Assembly (NCBI RefSeq): GCF_000315625.1
Contig: NW_005434591.1
Location: 59,895-123,894, forward strand
Source of the DNA: Guillardia theta CCMP2712
Taxonomy: Eukaryota; Protista; Cryptophyta
DNA length: 64,000 nt
Reading direction: 5' to 3'
Part shown: one piece after another, positions 25,019 to 36,702 of the stretch
Layout: each line of letters begins with the position of its first letter
How positions within the stretch are numbered: position 1 is the first letter of the stretch
Made by a program: the position numbers and the translations under genes
Notes under the pieces: generated by a model
Told to the model about the DNA's origin: nothing
Databases searched by the model: none
Seen by the model: only the letters and a program-made list of their open reading frames with translations

Positions 25019-25330
25019 ATGGGAAATCAACACGCCAAACACGACAACTTCAGCTACCCTGCTGACAACAAGACTCTTTTTGATCCCAACATTGCGGACA
25101 GCTATCCCTGCAGTCCGACTGGAAGCGCGAACATGAGCCCGGCCGTCCCCCTCAGCCCTGTACTCAGCAGCTACTCCATGCCCGATAAGGAGACGCATCC
25201 TGCCACCCATGCTTCGAGGAGGAGGCCGAAGAATCTTTCCGTGGAGATCCCTGACTGCGTGCTCAACCTCCGCGATCCGCGATCCCCTTCGGCTCCGAGG
25301 ACCCCTCTGCCCCTGTCAGACTCCGACTGA
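25019..25330 (+). CDS. 103-aa SP/TP-rich microprotein with N-terminal MG and a MAPK D-motif-like segment
   Basis: ATG..TGA with C-ending codon bias; MGNQHAK start; RRRPKNLSVEIP; multiple SP/TP sites. Confidence 0.65.
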   Translation: MGNQHAKHDNFSYPADNKTLFDPNIADSYPCSPTGSANMSPAVPLSPVLSSYSMPDKETHPATHASRRRPKNLSVEIPDCVLNLRDPRSPSAPRTPLPLSDSD

Positions 25331-25756
25331 AGGAGGAGGAGGAGGGAGGAAGCAGGAGGAGGATTTGTCTTTGAATCATACTTGTACATACACCTTGAAG
25401 ATCTTGGTTTCGAGTTAACAACTAGAGTGACTGGACTGTTGCTGGTAAGCTTGTTGATTTGTAAGAAGGAACGAATAAAACTATGGTTCTGAAGAGAAAC
25501 TTGGCTATGCGATAATGTTTCCAACAATCTTGTTGTTTTGTGAATATCAAGGAAAGAAGTAAAACATCTGCTGCTCATTACCTCGTGTTCGCAAGCACAC
25601 GCCATGTGGGCACAACCTAGGTCAACAATGGGTTGAGCAAGCGGAGCTGTGTCAAACGTGCCCATTCCATTGTCATGAAGCTATCGTGACATGAAAGGTT
25701 TTGATTTGCATGCCCTTCGTTTCTGGCACCAGCAACAGGTTTCAGGGTTTAAAGAT

Positions 25757-25801
<45 letters not shown>
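25757..25801. repeat. (CAG)n microsatellite
   Basis: Perfect CAG run. Confidence 0.95.
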
Positions 25802-25802
<1 letters not shown>

Positions 25803-26082
25803 TCTCCCACCCCTTTGTTCCCATTCCATTTCCAGTTTCCCATTCCCCCGGCCCCGCCATCCCTTTTCCTCCTCCTGTCCCCATACTGGTTGCCGTGTAC
25901 TGCATCCTCCTCTCCTGCTCTCTCCTCTCCTCAAGCCTCCTCTCCTCCAGCCTTGCCTTACTCCTCTCGCTGCCTCTCCTCCTCTCTTCTGACTTCTCAT
26001 GACCAGCTCAAGCATGAAACCTCAGAGACCATGAAGTGTCGGCGCTGAAGCAAGTCAGGGCATGCGCTCCCGCTAGCTCGGC

Positions 26083-27420
26083 ATGCTCAGGCTCGTCTTG
26101 CTCTTTCTTGCCATCTTGCATGCAACAGATGCCATCCTGGTGTTTGATGCGAAGAGCAAGGAAGCGCGATGGACGACATGGCCCGAGGAAGGGGACGCAG
26201 CGCGTGAGTCGGGGAGGGGGAGGGCAGGAGCAACGCTGGAAGCTACAGAAGCAGGGTATGCGAGAGTGACATTGCAAGACGCTGATGCTTCTCTTACCGC
26301 ATGCCATGATGGCTGCGTAGTCCCTCCCACCCTCCGCGTCCTCGAGGATGGGATGCGGGACCGACCAGTCGCGTATAGGATGAGGAGCGTTGGTGGTCTG
26401 TATGAGTGCCCCTGCATATCAGAGAGGACGAGGCATCGCTTCGACAAGCTTGTGGTAGAGCATGTGCTGGGCAAGTTTGGCACAGAGGGAGGTGGAGGAG
26501 AGGCAGGAGCGGGAGAAGAGAAAGGAGGAGGACGAGGAGGAGGAGCAGGAGGACGAAGACGAGGACGAGGGCTCAACTACTGCTCGCTGGGCTCAGGCGG
26601 ACTGTTCTCTGACCTTGTCCTGCTCTGCGGACTTGTGAGGTCTGGAGTTCGGCTATCACGAGTGATGCTGTGCGATAGGTGCGAGGCGGTAAGGGACTCA
26701 TGACATGCTCTGATAATGTTTGTGATGTGATTAGCATCTTTCAAGAGATAACATGTGGGCATGAGGGAGAGTTTGAAGTCAGGTAGACTTCTTCTTTCTT
26801 GCCTCCCTCCTTCTCCTCCTCCTTGGTAGGGCTCTTCCTCCTCCTCCTCCTCCTCCTCCTCCTCCTCCTTGGTAGGGCTCCTCCTCCTCCTCGTCGTCGT
26901 CCTCTTCCTCCTCCTCCTACCGGTCATAATCACAATCAACATCATCTGTACCATTTCCATCAACTCCATGAATCATTATTTCCACTTATTGCTGCTGTTG
27001 CCACAAAAGTTTGTGCACAGTCTTGCTTCTTGCTCATGGTATGTTGTATGGCCTGCAGACTGCAATGGAGAAAGTCCAAGAACGCAACGAGTGAAGTCTG
27101 CAGACATTGTGAGTTGCAACAGAGCCGCAGAACAAAGTTGGATGTCTACGATCTGATTGCAAATTTCTGCGGTTGGCTAACAGCCATGTGTTTGCTCTTC
27201 TCGCTCCCTCCTCCTGCATTCTTTATATTTGGTGGTGACGAAGGTTACAAACAAGCTTGTTGTGCAGATACTGAGTTCAAGGCAGACGTGATGGTGAGAT
27301 GAGATGAGTAGCGAGTTGTTCTCGCTGCTTTGACGACAATTGTTTTAGATGTTTTGCGATGTGAGTTTGTCGACTTCAACCAAGGATGTGAGAACTTCCC
27401 TTAGCGTTCTTTCTTTACCG
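26083..27420 (+). CDS. Hypothetical protein with signal peptide; possible methyltransferase-like Gly loop
   Basis: MLRLVLLFLAILHATDA leader; LNYCSLGSGGLFSDLVLL; further short exons 27050-27400; 3' end uncertain. Confidence 0.5.
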
Positions 27421-27561
27421 CCTCCCTCGTTTTCTTTTCCCTTTCTCGTCTGTATAATCCTTGTCTGGCTTGCATGTTTCTTCTTCTTCTTCTTCTTCTT
27501 CCTTTGCTGCTGCTGCTGCTTCTGATGCTGCTGCTGCTGCGCCCGCCTCCGCTGACGATGC

Positions 27562-27597
27562 TCCTCCTCCTCCTCCTCCTCCTCCTCCTCCTCCTCC

Positions 27598-27674
<77 letters not shown>
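27562..27674. repeat. Compound (CCT)n(CAT)n microsatellite
   Basis: Direct reading. Confidence 0.95.
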
Positions 27675-27976
27675 TCGCTATCTCTGTGTCTGACTGGATC
27701 TGAGCAGGCGACCAGGAGCTTGCGTCACTGTCTCAGAGAGGACGGCATTCAGTTTCTCCTTCCAGCTCGAAGTTGAGCTGCAGCGGACTCGGTTCTCTTC
27801 ATGTTTATTTTACAGCTTCAATCTTCTCCCTATCCTCCCGTCTCCCTCCCCTCCTCCGTCCTCCTCCTGCTCCCTCTCTTCCCCGTCCTCCTCCTCCTCC
27901 TCCTCCTCCTCCTCCTCCTCCTACCCCTCCTGCTTCCTGTCATTCTGCTCCTATTGCTCCTCTTCGTCGTTGGTCA

Positions 27977-28112
27977 TCATTTCTGCGGCCATTGCGATTT
28001 TCCTCCACCCTTTCCTCCTTGCGAGTTTCCTGCAAACGTCGCGCTCTTGCCTGCCGGGCGAGCTCGACGGTTCGCGCGCACCTGACCGATAGAATGAGAC
28101 AAGAGAAGCAGG

Positions 28113-28148
<36 letters not shown>

Positions 28149-30314
28149 AGGAGTAGGAGCAGCGGACGAGCAAGAGAAGGGGGGTGAAGGAAGGAGGAAA
28201 GGAAGAGGAGATGACCTGCGACTCTTTCTGTCCAAGCATGTCGTTGTGGGGATCAAAGAATTCTGCTTCTGTCGACATGGTGAGGAAGGGAAGAGAACAA
28301 CAAGAAACAGTTTCTTGTGAGGAAGGGAAGAGAACAACAAGGAACAGAGGCGAGACGAGGAGCGTGTGCTCACTTTTCTTTCCTTTCTTCTCAGACTTTT
28401 CTTTGAGTTTTTCCTTCCATCCGGCCTCTGCTTGTACGCTCTCCTTCACTTGACTGTAGTCGAACGGCTCGAATTTCTCCTCCTCCTCCTCCACCTGCTT
28501 GAGTTTGTCACCAAAAGAAGCCTTAGACCTTTGCCCCGTATCTCCTCCTCCTCCTCCTCCTCCTCCTCCTCCTCCTCCTCCTCCTCCTCCTCCTCCTCCT
28601 CCTTTGTTCTCGCCTTATCCTTATCCTCTTTCCTGCTCCTGCACTTACCTTTTTGTCTTTCTTGAGCGATTCCGCAAGTTTTATGGCCTCCTCTTCCAGC
28701 TTCTTCTCTCTTGACATTTCTCCTCCTTCTTCCCGTCCTCCTTTCCCTTCCTGCTCCTCCCCCTCCTCGTTTCGTTTCCTCTTGCCTCCCTTCCCCTTGA
28801 AGGTCTCTTTGATCGAGTGCGGCATGCCGTCCTCCTCCAGCGCCGCGCTCGCCTCTGGCATCGAAATCACGAGCAGCAAGTGGAGAAGGGAGACGTACTC
28901 TTCTCTTCCTCCTGCTCCTCCTCTGCCATGGCTGTGTCCTCGGCCTCCTCCTCTTCCTTCTCCTTGTTCGATGCGTTCTAGACGAAAAGTCAGACAACAA
29001 TGTACAGGGCGGACCAGCGGGAAAACAGTGGGGAGCTCTGGTGGGAGTATCCATGAGCGGAGGCAGAAATGAGTAAGGGAAGTGCGATCCCATGCAAGTG
29101 AGGCCAGAAGGATGAAATGGAGCAGGAGCATCGGGGAGAGGAGGGTGAGGAGGTGAGGAGGACGTGGACGGTGGCGGGTACAGGGAGGAAGAGGACGAGG
29201 AGAGAACGACGAGGAGAACAACGACGAGCAAGACAACCTCGTAGACAATCCTGGGGATCTGATTTATTGACGAGCGGATCTTGGAGACCTGCGGGAGGGT
29301 GAGGAGCAGGAGCATCGAGTGTGAGGTATGATACCTTGTTGAGATCGCTAAGGCGCTGCTTCTCCGATCGCTGCAGCACCAGCGACTTGTGGAAGTGATG
29401 CAGACAGCCCTGAGCAATCTGCCACTGGATGGTGAGGAGATGAGCGCGGGAGAGGAGGAGAGAGGAGGAGAGAGGAAGAGAGAGCAGGAGAGAGCAGGAG
29501 AGAGCAGGAGAGATCAGGGAAGAGCGATGGCAGCGCAGGAGAAAGGAGAGATGGCAGAGGAAGATCGTAGTACCATTGGTTTCCCGCCTTGAAGGTTGTC
29601 AGGGTGCAAGAGGAGGAGATCTTCCCCTTCTGCTTGCTGCTCGTCTTCCTCTGATGGTTCGATGTCAAGAATAGCAAGGCATGAACAACTGAGAGACAAA
29701 GACAAGAACAATTCAAGATCGCAAGATCGCAAGATCGCAAGATCGCAAGACAACAAGACAAGGAAAACGTCCATCCAACAAGTGACCAGGCGCATTCTCC
29801 CTTGTATCTTCATCGCTGCACACCTGAGTCCTCGACATCCATGTAGACGTCTTTGATTGCCTCCATCCTGATCGTCCTCGACGCCTCCTGCTGATTCCTT
29901 ACGTCCTTCACATCCTGCAGCGCCGACTGCATCCTATCAAGAACTTCGGCGTGCAGCTCGCGAAGGAGCGGAGGGACGTGGGGTCGGCAGCTCTCCAGGA
30001 GGGAAGAGCGGTTGTCGGGGAGAGTAGTTGAGATCTTGAAGAGGAGGCTGGTTGGGAGGACAAAGTCTGTGCTCTCATCGTGCGCCCTTGCTACCTGGGA
30101 GGGGATCAACATCGTCAAAAGCACGCTAGCGAGGTCGAGATGGTAAACAATTCCATGACAAAAAGTAACATCAGTTTCAGGGTTCGCAATCAGCATTTCT
30201 ATCATCAATTTCATCATCAACTTCATCATCAATTTCATCATCAACTTCATCATCAATTTCATCATCATCATTTCTATCATCATCATCATCATCATCATCA
30301 TTTCTATCATCAAT

Positions 30315-30346
<32 letters not shown>

Positions 30347-30358
30347 TTCTATCATCAA

Positions 30359-30401
<43 letters not shown>

Positions 30402-30408
30402 CCACCAC

Positions 30409-30443
<35 letters not shown>

Positions 30444-30445
30444 CA

Positions 30446-30477
<32 letters not shown>

Positions 30478-32760
30478 CCACCATCATCATCATCATCATC
30501 ATCATCATTCATCATTCATTGCTATCATCAATTTCATCATCATCGTCATCATCATCATCATCATCATCACCACCACCATCATCATCATCATGATCATCAT
30601 CATGGTCGTCATCATCGCCACCGCCAGGGGTCGTCATGATGATCATCAGCATCATCATCATGAGAATCGCCACCATCATCATGGTCATCGTCTCTGGTCT
30701 CCTCCTGCGTCACGTGGGCCCACGCCTCGAAGAACTGTTGCGAACACAGGGGAGTGAGGAGGGGTGCNNNNNNNNNNNNNNNNNNNNNNNNNNNNNNNNN
30801 NNNNNNNNNNNNNNNNNNNNNNNNNNNNNNNNNNNNNNNNNNNNNNNNNNNNNNNNNNNNNNNNNNNNNNNNNNNNNNNNNNNNNNNNNNNNNNNNNNNN
30901 NNNNNNNNNNNNNNNNNNNNNNNNNNNNNNNNNNNNNNNNNNNNNNNNNNNNNNNNNNNNNNNNNNNNNNNNNNNNNNNNNNNNNNNNNNNNNNNNNNNN
31001 NNNNNNNNNNNNNNNNNNNNNNNNNNNNNNNNNNNNNNNNNNNNNNNNNNNNNNNNNNNNNNNNNNNNNNNNNNNNNNNNNNNNNNNNNNNNNNNNNNNN
31101 NNNNNNNNNNNNNNNNNNNNNNNNNNNNNNNNNNNNNNNNNNNNNNNNNNNNNNNNNNNNNNNNNNNNNNNNNNNNNNNNNNNNNNNNNNNNNNNNNNNN
31201 NNNNNNNNNNNNNNNNNNNNNNNNNNNNNNNNNNNNNNNNNNNNNNNNNNNNNNNNNNNNNNNNNNNNNNNNNNNNNNNNNNNNNNNNNNNNNNNNNNNN
31301 NNNNNNNNNNNNNNNNNNNNNNNNNNNNNNNNNNNNNNNNNNNNNNNNNNNNNNNNNNNNNNNNNNNNNNNNNNNNNNNNNNNNNNNNNNNTCCCCCCCT
31401 CCTCCTTCCTTCCTCCCCTCCCCTCCTCTCTTCTTCCCCTCCCCTCCTCCCTTTCTTCCCCTCCCCGCCTTTCTTCTCCACCCCTCCTCCCCTCCTGTCG
31501 TCCCACCTGCAACTTGCACACATCGTTGGAACGAGACAAGACAGATTTCACAAGCTGGTCCGAGCCCGCCGCTCGCTCCCTTAGCAGCAGCCGCAGCTGG
31601 TCGTAGATGTACAGCAGGTAGTGCGTATCCATCCTGGCATACTTGAGCATCTCAGGTGTCAGGGGCCGGACCCTCCAGTCAGCCAGCTGGTACTGCTTGT
31701 CAGCCTCCTCCTCGCAGAAACGGTGCAGCAGGTAAGCAAGGCCGTAGGAAGGGAACTCAAGGACTCGGCTTGCCTGCCCTGTGTCGAACATGTTGACGAT
31801 ATAGAGACCAAAGTCTCGCTGCAGCCAGCGCACATCGCTGTCCGCGCCATGGAACACCTTGGTGATCTTGGGGTCTGTGAAGGCAGGCAGGAGAAGGTGG
31901 ATACAGCTTCTCAGCTCGATAGTGTCCACTATGAAGTCCTGCTCCCTGGTCGAGATCTGCATCAGGCAGGTGAACCCCTGGAACGACCTCAGGGAGTGGT
32001 GCTCGAGGTCGACTGCGAACTCCTTGCAGCCCGACAGCGTCTTGTGCATGTCAACCAGCTCCTTCTCCGTCGCCACCCAACTGAAGGGCGTCTCCGCCAT
32101 GTCCCTGGGCTTTGCCACTTCCCCTTGAGGGAGGAAGTGGTAGGGCTGGTACTCGATCCCATCGATCTCCTCCTCATACGGGTGCCTTCCGCTCGACAGT
32201 ACATGGTCACCCCTCCCGTGCACCTTGGGCCAGCTCTTGGCGCTGAAGGGAGTGTTGGAGTTGTCCACTACGTCCTCGAACTTCTGCTGAGGCTTCGGAA
32301 TCCCCAGGTCCTCGGGCCGAGTCTTGATCTTTGATGTCTGCTTGAACTTCCCTGCCTGTGCTCTCAGGGCGATCTCCTCTGCGTTCGGCGCCTTCCCGGT
32401 CAGCTCGTCGATCACGTTGTCCACCTTCTCCAGCCTGGCCTCAGCAAAGTCCACCACCCTCTCCAGCAAGTCCTCTGGCTCCCCCGGCAACCCCGCCTCT
32501 TCCTGCCTGCCCCCTCCTCCCTCTACATGCGACACAAGCTTGCTGACTACCGACAGGATCCTGCTCTCGAGCTGGCCTGTCTTCTTCTTGTTGGCTACTC
32601 GCTTCTTAAAGGCGGCGAAGGTGCTGTAGAAGGCATAGTCCGAAGAGGAGGGAAGGTTGTTGGAGGCCCGCACCGCCCCGACAACAGAGGAGCCCAACTG
32701 CTTGCAGATAGCTTCACCGTCGACAGCCGGAACTTCGTCGTCTTGCTTTTCTGCACTCAT
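27977..32760 (-). CDS. RRP6: Exosome 3'-5' exoribonuclease RRP6/EXOSC10 (spans assembly gap)
   Basis: PMC2NT-like N-terminus (AVRASNNLPSSSDYAFY), IPKPQ, HPYEEEI, DEDD-Y motifs AVDLEHHSLRSFQGFTCLMQISTR / FHGADSDVRWLQRDFG / YARMDTHYLLYIYD; HRDC exon ARAHDESTDFVLP; C-terminal FEPFDYS and GKSATF…WPQK*. Confidence 0.95.
30195..30685. repeat. Degenerate (CAT)n tract in RRP6 intron
   Basis: About 0.5 kb of CAT-based repeat next to the gap. Confidence 0.9.
30768..31391. other. Assembly gap (N run)
   Basis: Ns. Confidence 1.
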
Positions 32761-33150
32761 TCTTCAGACTTGGCGTCTTCTCATGCAATCTCAGCTCGAC
32801 TCCTCGTCCCTAGCATGCAAGTCAGCAGCGAGTCAGCAACGAGTCTCCATTCCTGTCATTGATCGATCCTCGGCTCTACTCAACACAAAGCGTGATCCAT
32901 CAAGGAACAATCTAGATGGATTATGTAGTTTGCAGTTGTAGAATGATACAGCTACTTTGTGGCATTCAGCAAGAGCATGACGTTGAGTGATCCACCACCC
33001 TGTCTTTCAGCTGCCTCTGTTGCGCCTGCGTCGCCTTTTCACTCCCTCCCGCCCACTCTCCTTCACCTCTCGCATGTTTCCTACTTCACAACTCTCCCTA
33101 CTTCCCTTGCCTCGTTCTCCCTCCCGTTGTGCTTGTGGATCCTCTTCTCT

Positions 33151-33237
<87 letters not shown>
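33151..33237. repeat. (TCCTGC)n hexamer microsatellite
   Basis: Direct reading. Confidence 0.95.
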
Positions 33238-33854
33238 ACCTTCCTCCTCCCCCTCTGCCACTGCATCGCCATGAAGCTTCACGTGCTCCTTTCGCCTCTC
33301 CTCCTGGCCCTCATCCCCTTTCAAATGTGCGGTATGAGGGTTGTCATCCATGGGGGTAGGGGTACTTGTGTCAAATGACCAGACCTCAGACTCCTGGTAC
33401 AAAAATATGTAAATTGTAGGGTAGGGTGTGCAATGGTAGGGGTCGTACATGCCAACAAGGTCCGGGATTCCTGGTTCAGGCATTTACGAGTCGCATCATG
33501 AAGCGAAGAAGAGGAGGATGAGGGAGGAAGAGGAGGAGAGCAGGAGGGGAGGGAGAAGAGGAGGAAGAGGAGGAAGAGGAAGGGGAAGAGGAGGAAGAGG
33601 AGGAAGAGGAAGGGGGAGAGGGCAAGGGACAGGAGCTGGAGAGCAAGGAGGTTGACAACGGCGGGTTTGATCTGAGATATTGGACAAGAGCTTCTGCTGT
33701 TGAACGTGCACCGGTCACTGCAACGGGTCATACATGCGGCATTGCTAGCAGCTGTCACATCATAACTATCTCAGCAGCCAACGGGCCCTGGCAGGAAGAC
33801 ACATGCTGGAAGACGCATGCTGATAAGAGTACAAAACTCTCCCTACTGCTGGAG

Positions 33855-34373
33855 GATGCGCAAGAGCTCAGCTTGCTGCCTCCTCCTTGTGCTCTTGCTC
33901 CATTGCCTGCAGCTGCAGGCGATGGAGACGATCATGAGCAGTGAGAGGGGAAAGCTCTCGATGCTTCCTAGGAAGATAAGAAGGTTCACACACGGGAAGA
34001 TAATCTGCATGCAGGGCAAGGAGTTTATCAACGAGGTCCCTCAGAGGTCCCTCCTCGTCTCTGATCTCCTCTTGCCTCACACGCTGCTGCTTGTCAGGTG
34101 CTGGAGGGACAGGGTCACCCTGGACACGTCGATACCGCTCGACGACCTAGCAGCAGAGGAGACTTTCATCAAGTTGCTTGAGACAGCAAGGAGGTGAGGG
34201 ATGGTTCTGGCCAGCCCGTCATGGTCTGATCAAACCGTCTGTCAGGATCATGACGTATCCTCGTGCTCGCACAGACTGGTGCTTGCAAAGAGGAAGCGTT
34301 CCATGCCTCGGAGGAGAGCTTGCGCTTGTCGCGGAGTCCATCTTGCAGCAGCAGCAGTATGGACCAGGTCGAC

Positions 34374-34416
<43 letters not shown>

Positions 34417-36621
34417 GACTTCAGTTCATGTGCATTGTGGACAGAGTTCAACGACAAGGTCCAACTCTTCCTTCCGGGAGCCCTGGGCTGGGAGGTCCCG
34501 AAGTCAGGGATAATCTCCGAGTTCGACCTCTACCAGGTGCTCAGCTCATCCCTGCGGTCTGTTGCTGATAGCTTCATGCAGCAAGCAGCATGGGGTATGA
34601 TGCAGATTCAAAAGCTACATCAGTTTGAGTACCTGGAATCAGTGCAGCTCTTTGACAAGGTGGGATGGCATTGCGTTGACCGCGGTCGCTTAACCAGATT
34701 GCTGGCTTCTCAGGGAGAGATTGACGAGTACGATCTAGAAAGGTTGTTCTATGCAGACGAGGATGAAGAGACTGAGGTGCAAGGAATACAGTGTGAATAG
34801 TCTACTGATATCGAGATGCAGATGATACGAGTTTTGTTGAAAGTGAAGAACTGCTACAAGGAGGACCGTGTTGTGTTCGTGGAGATCGGAACGATCCTTG
34901 AGCCAACCCTTACCACAGCACAGAAAGCCATCGAGACGTCCTGTCTGGTGGTTGCAAGAGAAATTAGGTTCCTCATTCCTGCCGGCATGACAAGGTCGAG
35001 GATTGCTTGCTGCTTCTGTCTGCGACCAGGTTGAGATGCGTCACTTTCCGCCATGGGAAACTGGTGATGTCCGAGGCAGGTCTACAGGTTCCGAAGGGCG
35101 AAGTCAAGCTTACGCCATTTCTCTTTGACCTCGCTGATCCAACGCCCTTCACCTGTGACAACCCGTTCAAGAACCATCTCTTCTTCTGGAGGTATCTCGG
35201 AGAGACAAAACAGAGGTGAGCCGATGGCGGTGTTAGGTGGGAGGAGAGGAAAGCAGAAGGCAGGAGAAGGCAGGAGAAGCAAAGGGATGTCTAGTTGACC
35301 TGTGGGTGATGAAAACGATCAAGGAGGATGATTTAACTGTGATTCGTTACCTGGGATCGATTCTCAATGGCATGCAGGAGGGACGCCTCGCACAAGGCTC
35401 TCACGTTGGCATCGGAGACAACTTACAACATCTTCAAGAACAAACTGAGAGAAGTTGTCAATGTCTTGGTGAAGTCGAATCAGTCAGAGCAGCTGCCACC
35501 TGTGTTAGAGCACGGCAAGGAGAACAACTGGAAGAAGATTATCAACTCCTTGAGCTGGTGCTGGCCGTGGTACACGATGGACCCATGGAGTCAGATGCTG
35601 AAGAGAAACAAGATAAGACAAGGGAGCGAGAGGGACGAAGATGAAGGGGATGTTAATGCAGAGAGGAGGTTTATTCGCAATCAGAGGCTTTCTCTAATCG
35701 TCCCGGTGAGAAGCATCAATGGCTCCGGCTTTCAGTTTGTCGATCGCTTCAAGCTTGCGTTAGACAACCCCAGCCAGGTCATGCCGATCTTCACTTGACT
35801 TCAACGTCATCTTGCCTGTTGTTTGCCCTTCTTACTGCTCACAGAGACAATCGCGTTCCCTTCCTCCTCCTCTTACTCCTTCTCCTCCCTCTCCTCCTCT
35901 CCTCCTCTTCCTTCTCCCTCTCCTCTCCCTCTTCTTCCGCTCCTCCTCTTTCGCCTTGTTCTTTGCCTTTCATCGCTGCTCTGACTTTCTTGAGCTCTCA
36001 AGACTCTCAAGACTCTCAAGACTCACATCAAATTTTCAGGTCTTCGAAGGGAAGTACGCGCAAGACTTCCTGGATGCAAGAGCTCAATTAGAGTACAAGA
36101 AGATTCAAGACAAGACCGGCCAAAAGATCTTCTCCTTCCTTCGCTCCCTCGCCTCCAGACGCCGAGTTGAGGACGCCGACCTGGGCGCGATCATAGAGGC
36201 GTTTGAGAAGCACAACATGTCCTATCCCTTCCTCCTCCCCGTTACTAGAAAAGAGGCCCCGGACTACCACCAGATAGTCAAGAAGCCGATGTCTCTATCG
36301 ATGATCAAGGCAAGGTACAACAACCATGAGTACGACGGGAAGGTTGGGATGAAGAACTTCATCAAGGACTTCGAGCTTATCTTCTCCAACGCCTTCACCT
36401 ACAACCGCAAGTCTAGCCTTGTCTACAAGCTTGCGGAGGAAGTCCAGGAGTTTACTGTGGACCAGATACAGGGAGTCCTGCAATCATTGCCGGTGGTTAC
36501 GAGCACCACTGGGAAGAACGTCTCCAACTACGTGAGCCAAACTCTCATGGACGTTAGCGAGGAGGAGGTGGAAGAAGCTCGATTCTCCTCTGTCTCAGCG
36601 TCGAAGCAAGAAAACGACGAT

Positions 36622-36702
<81 letters not shown>

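Noticed and set aside
30612-31646. Long ORFs crossing the N run
   Set aside because: Artefact of the assembly gap
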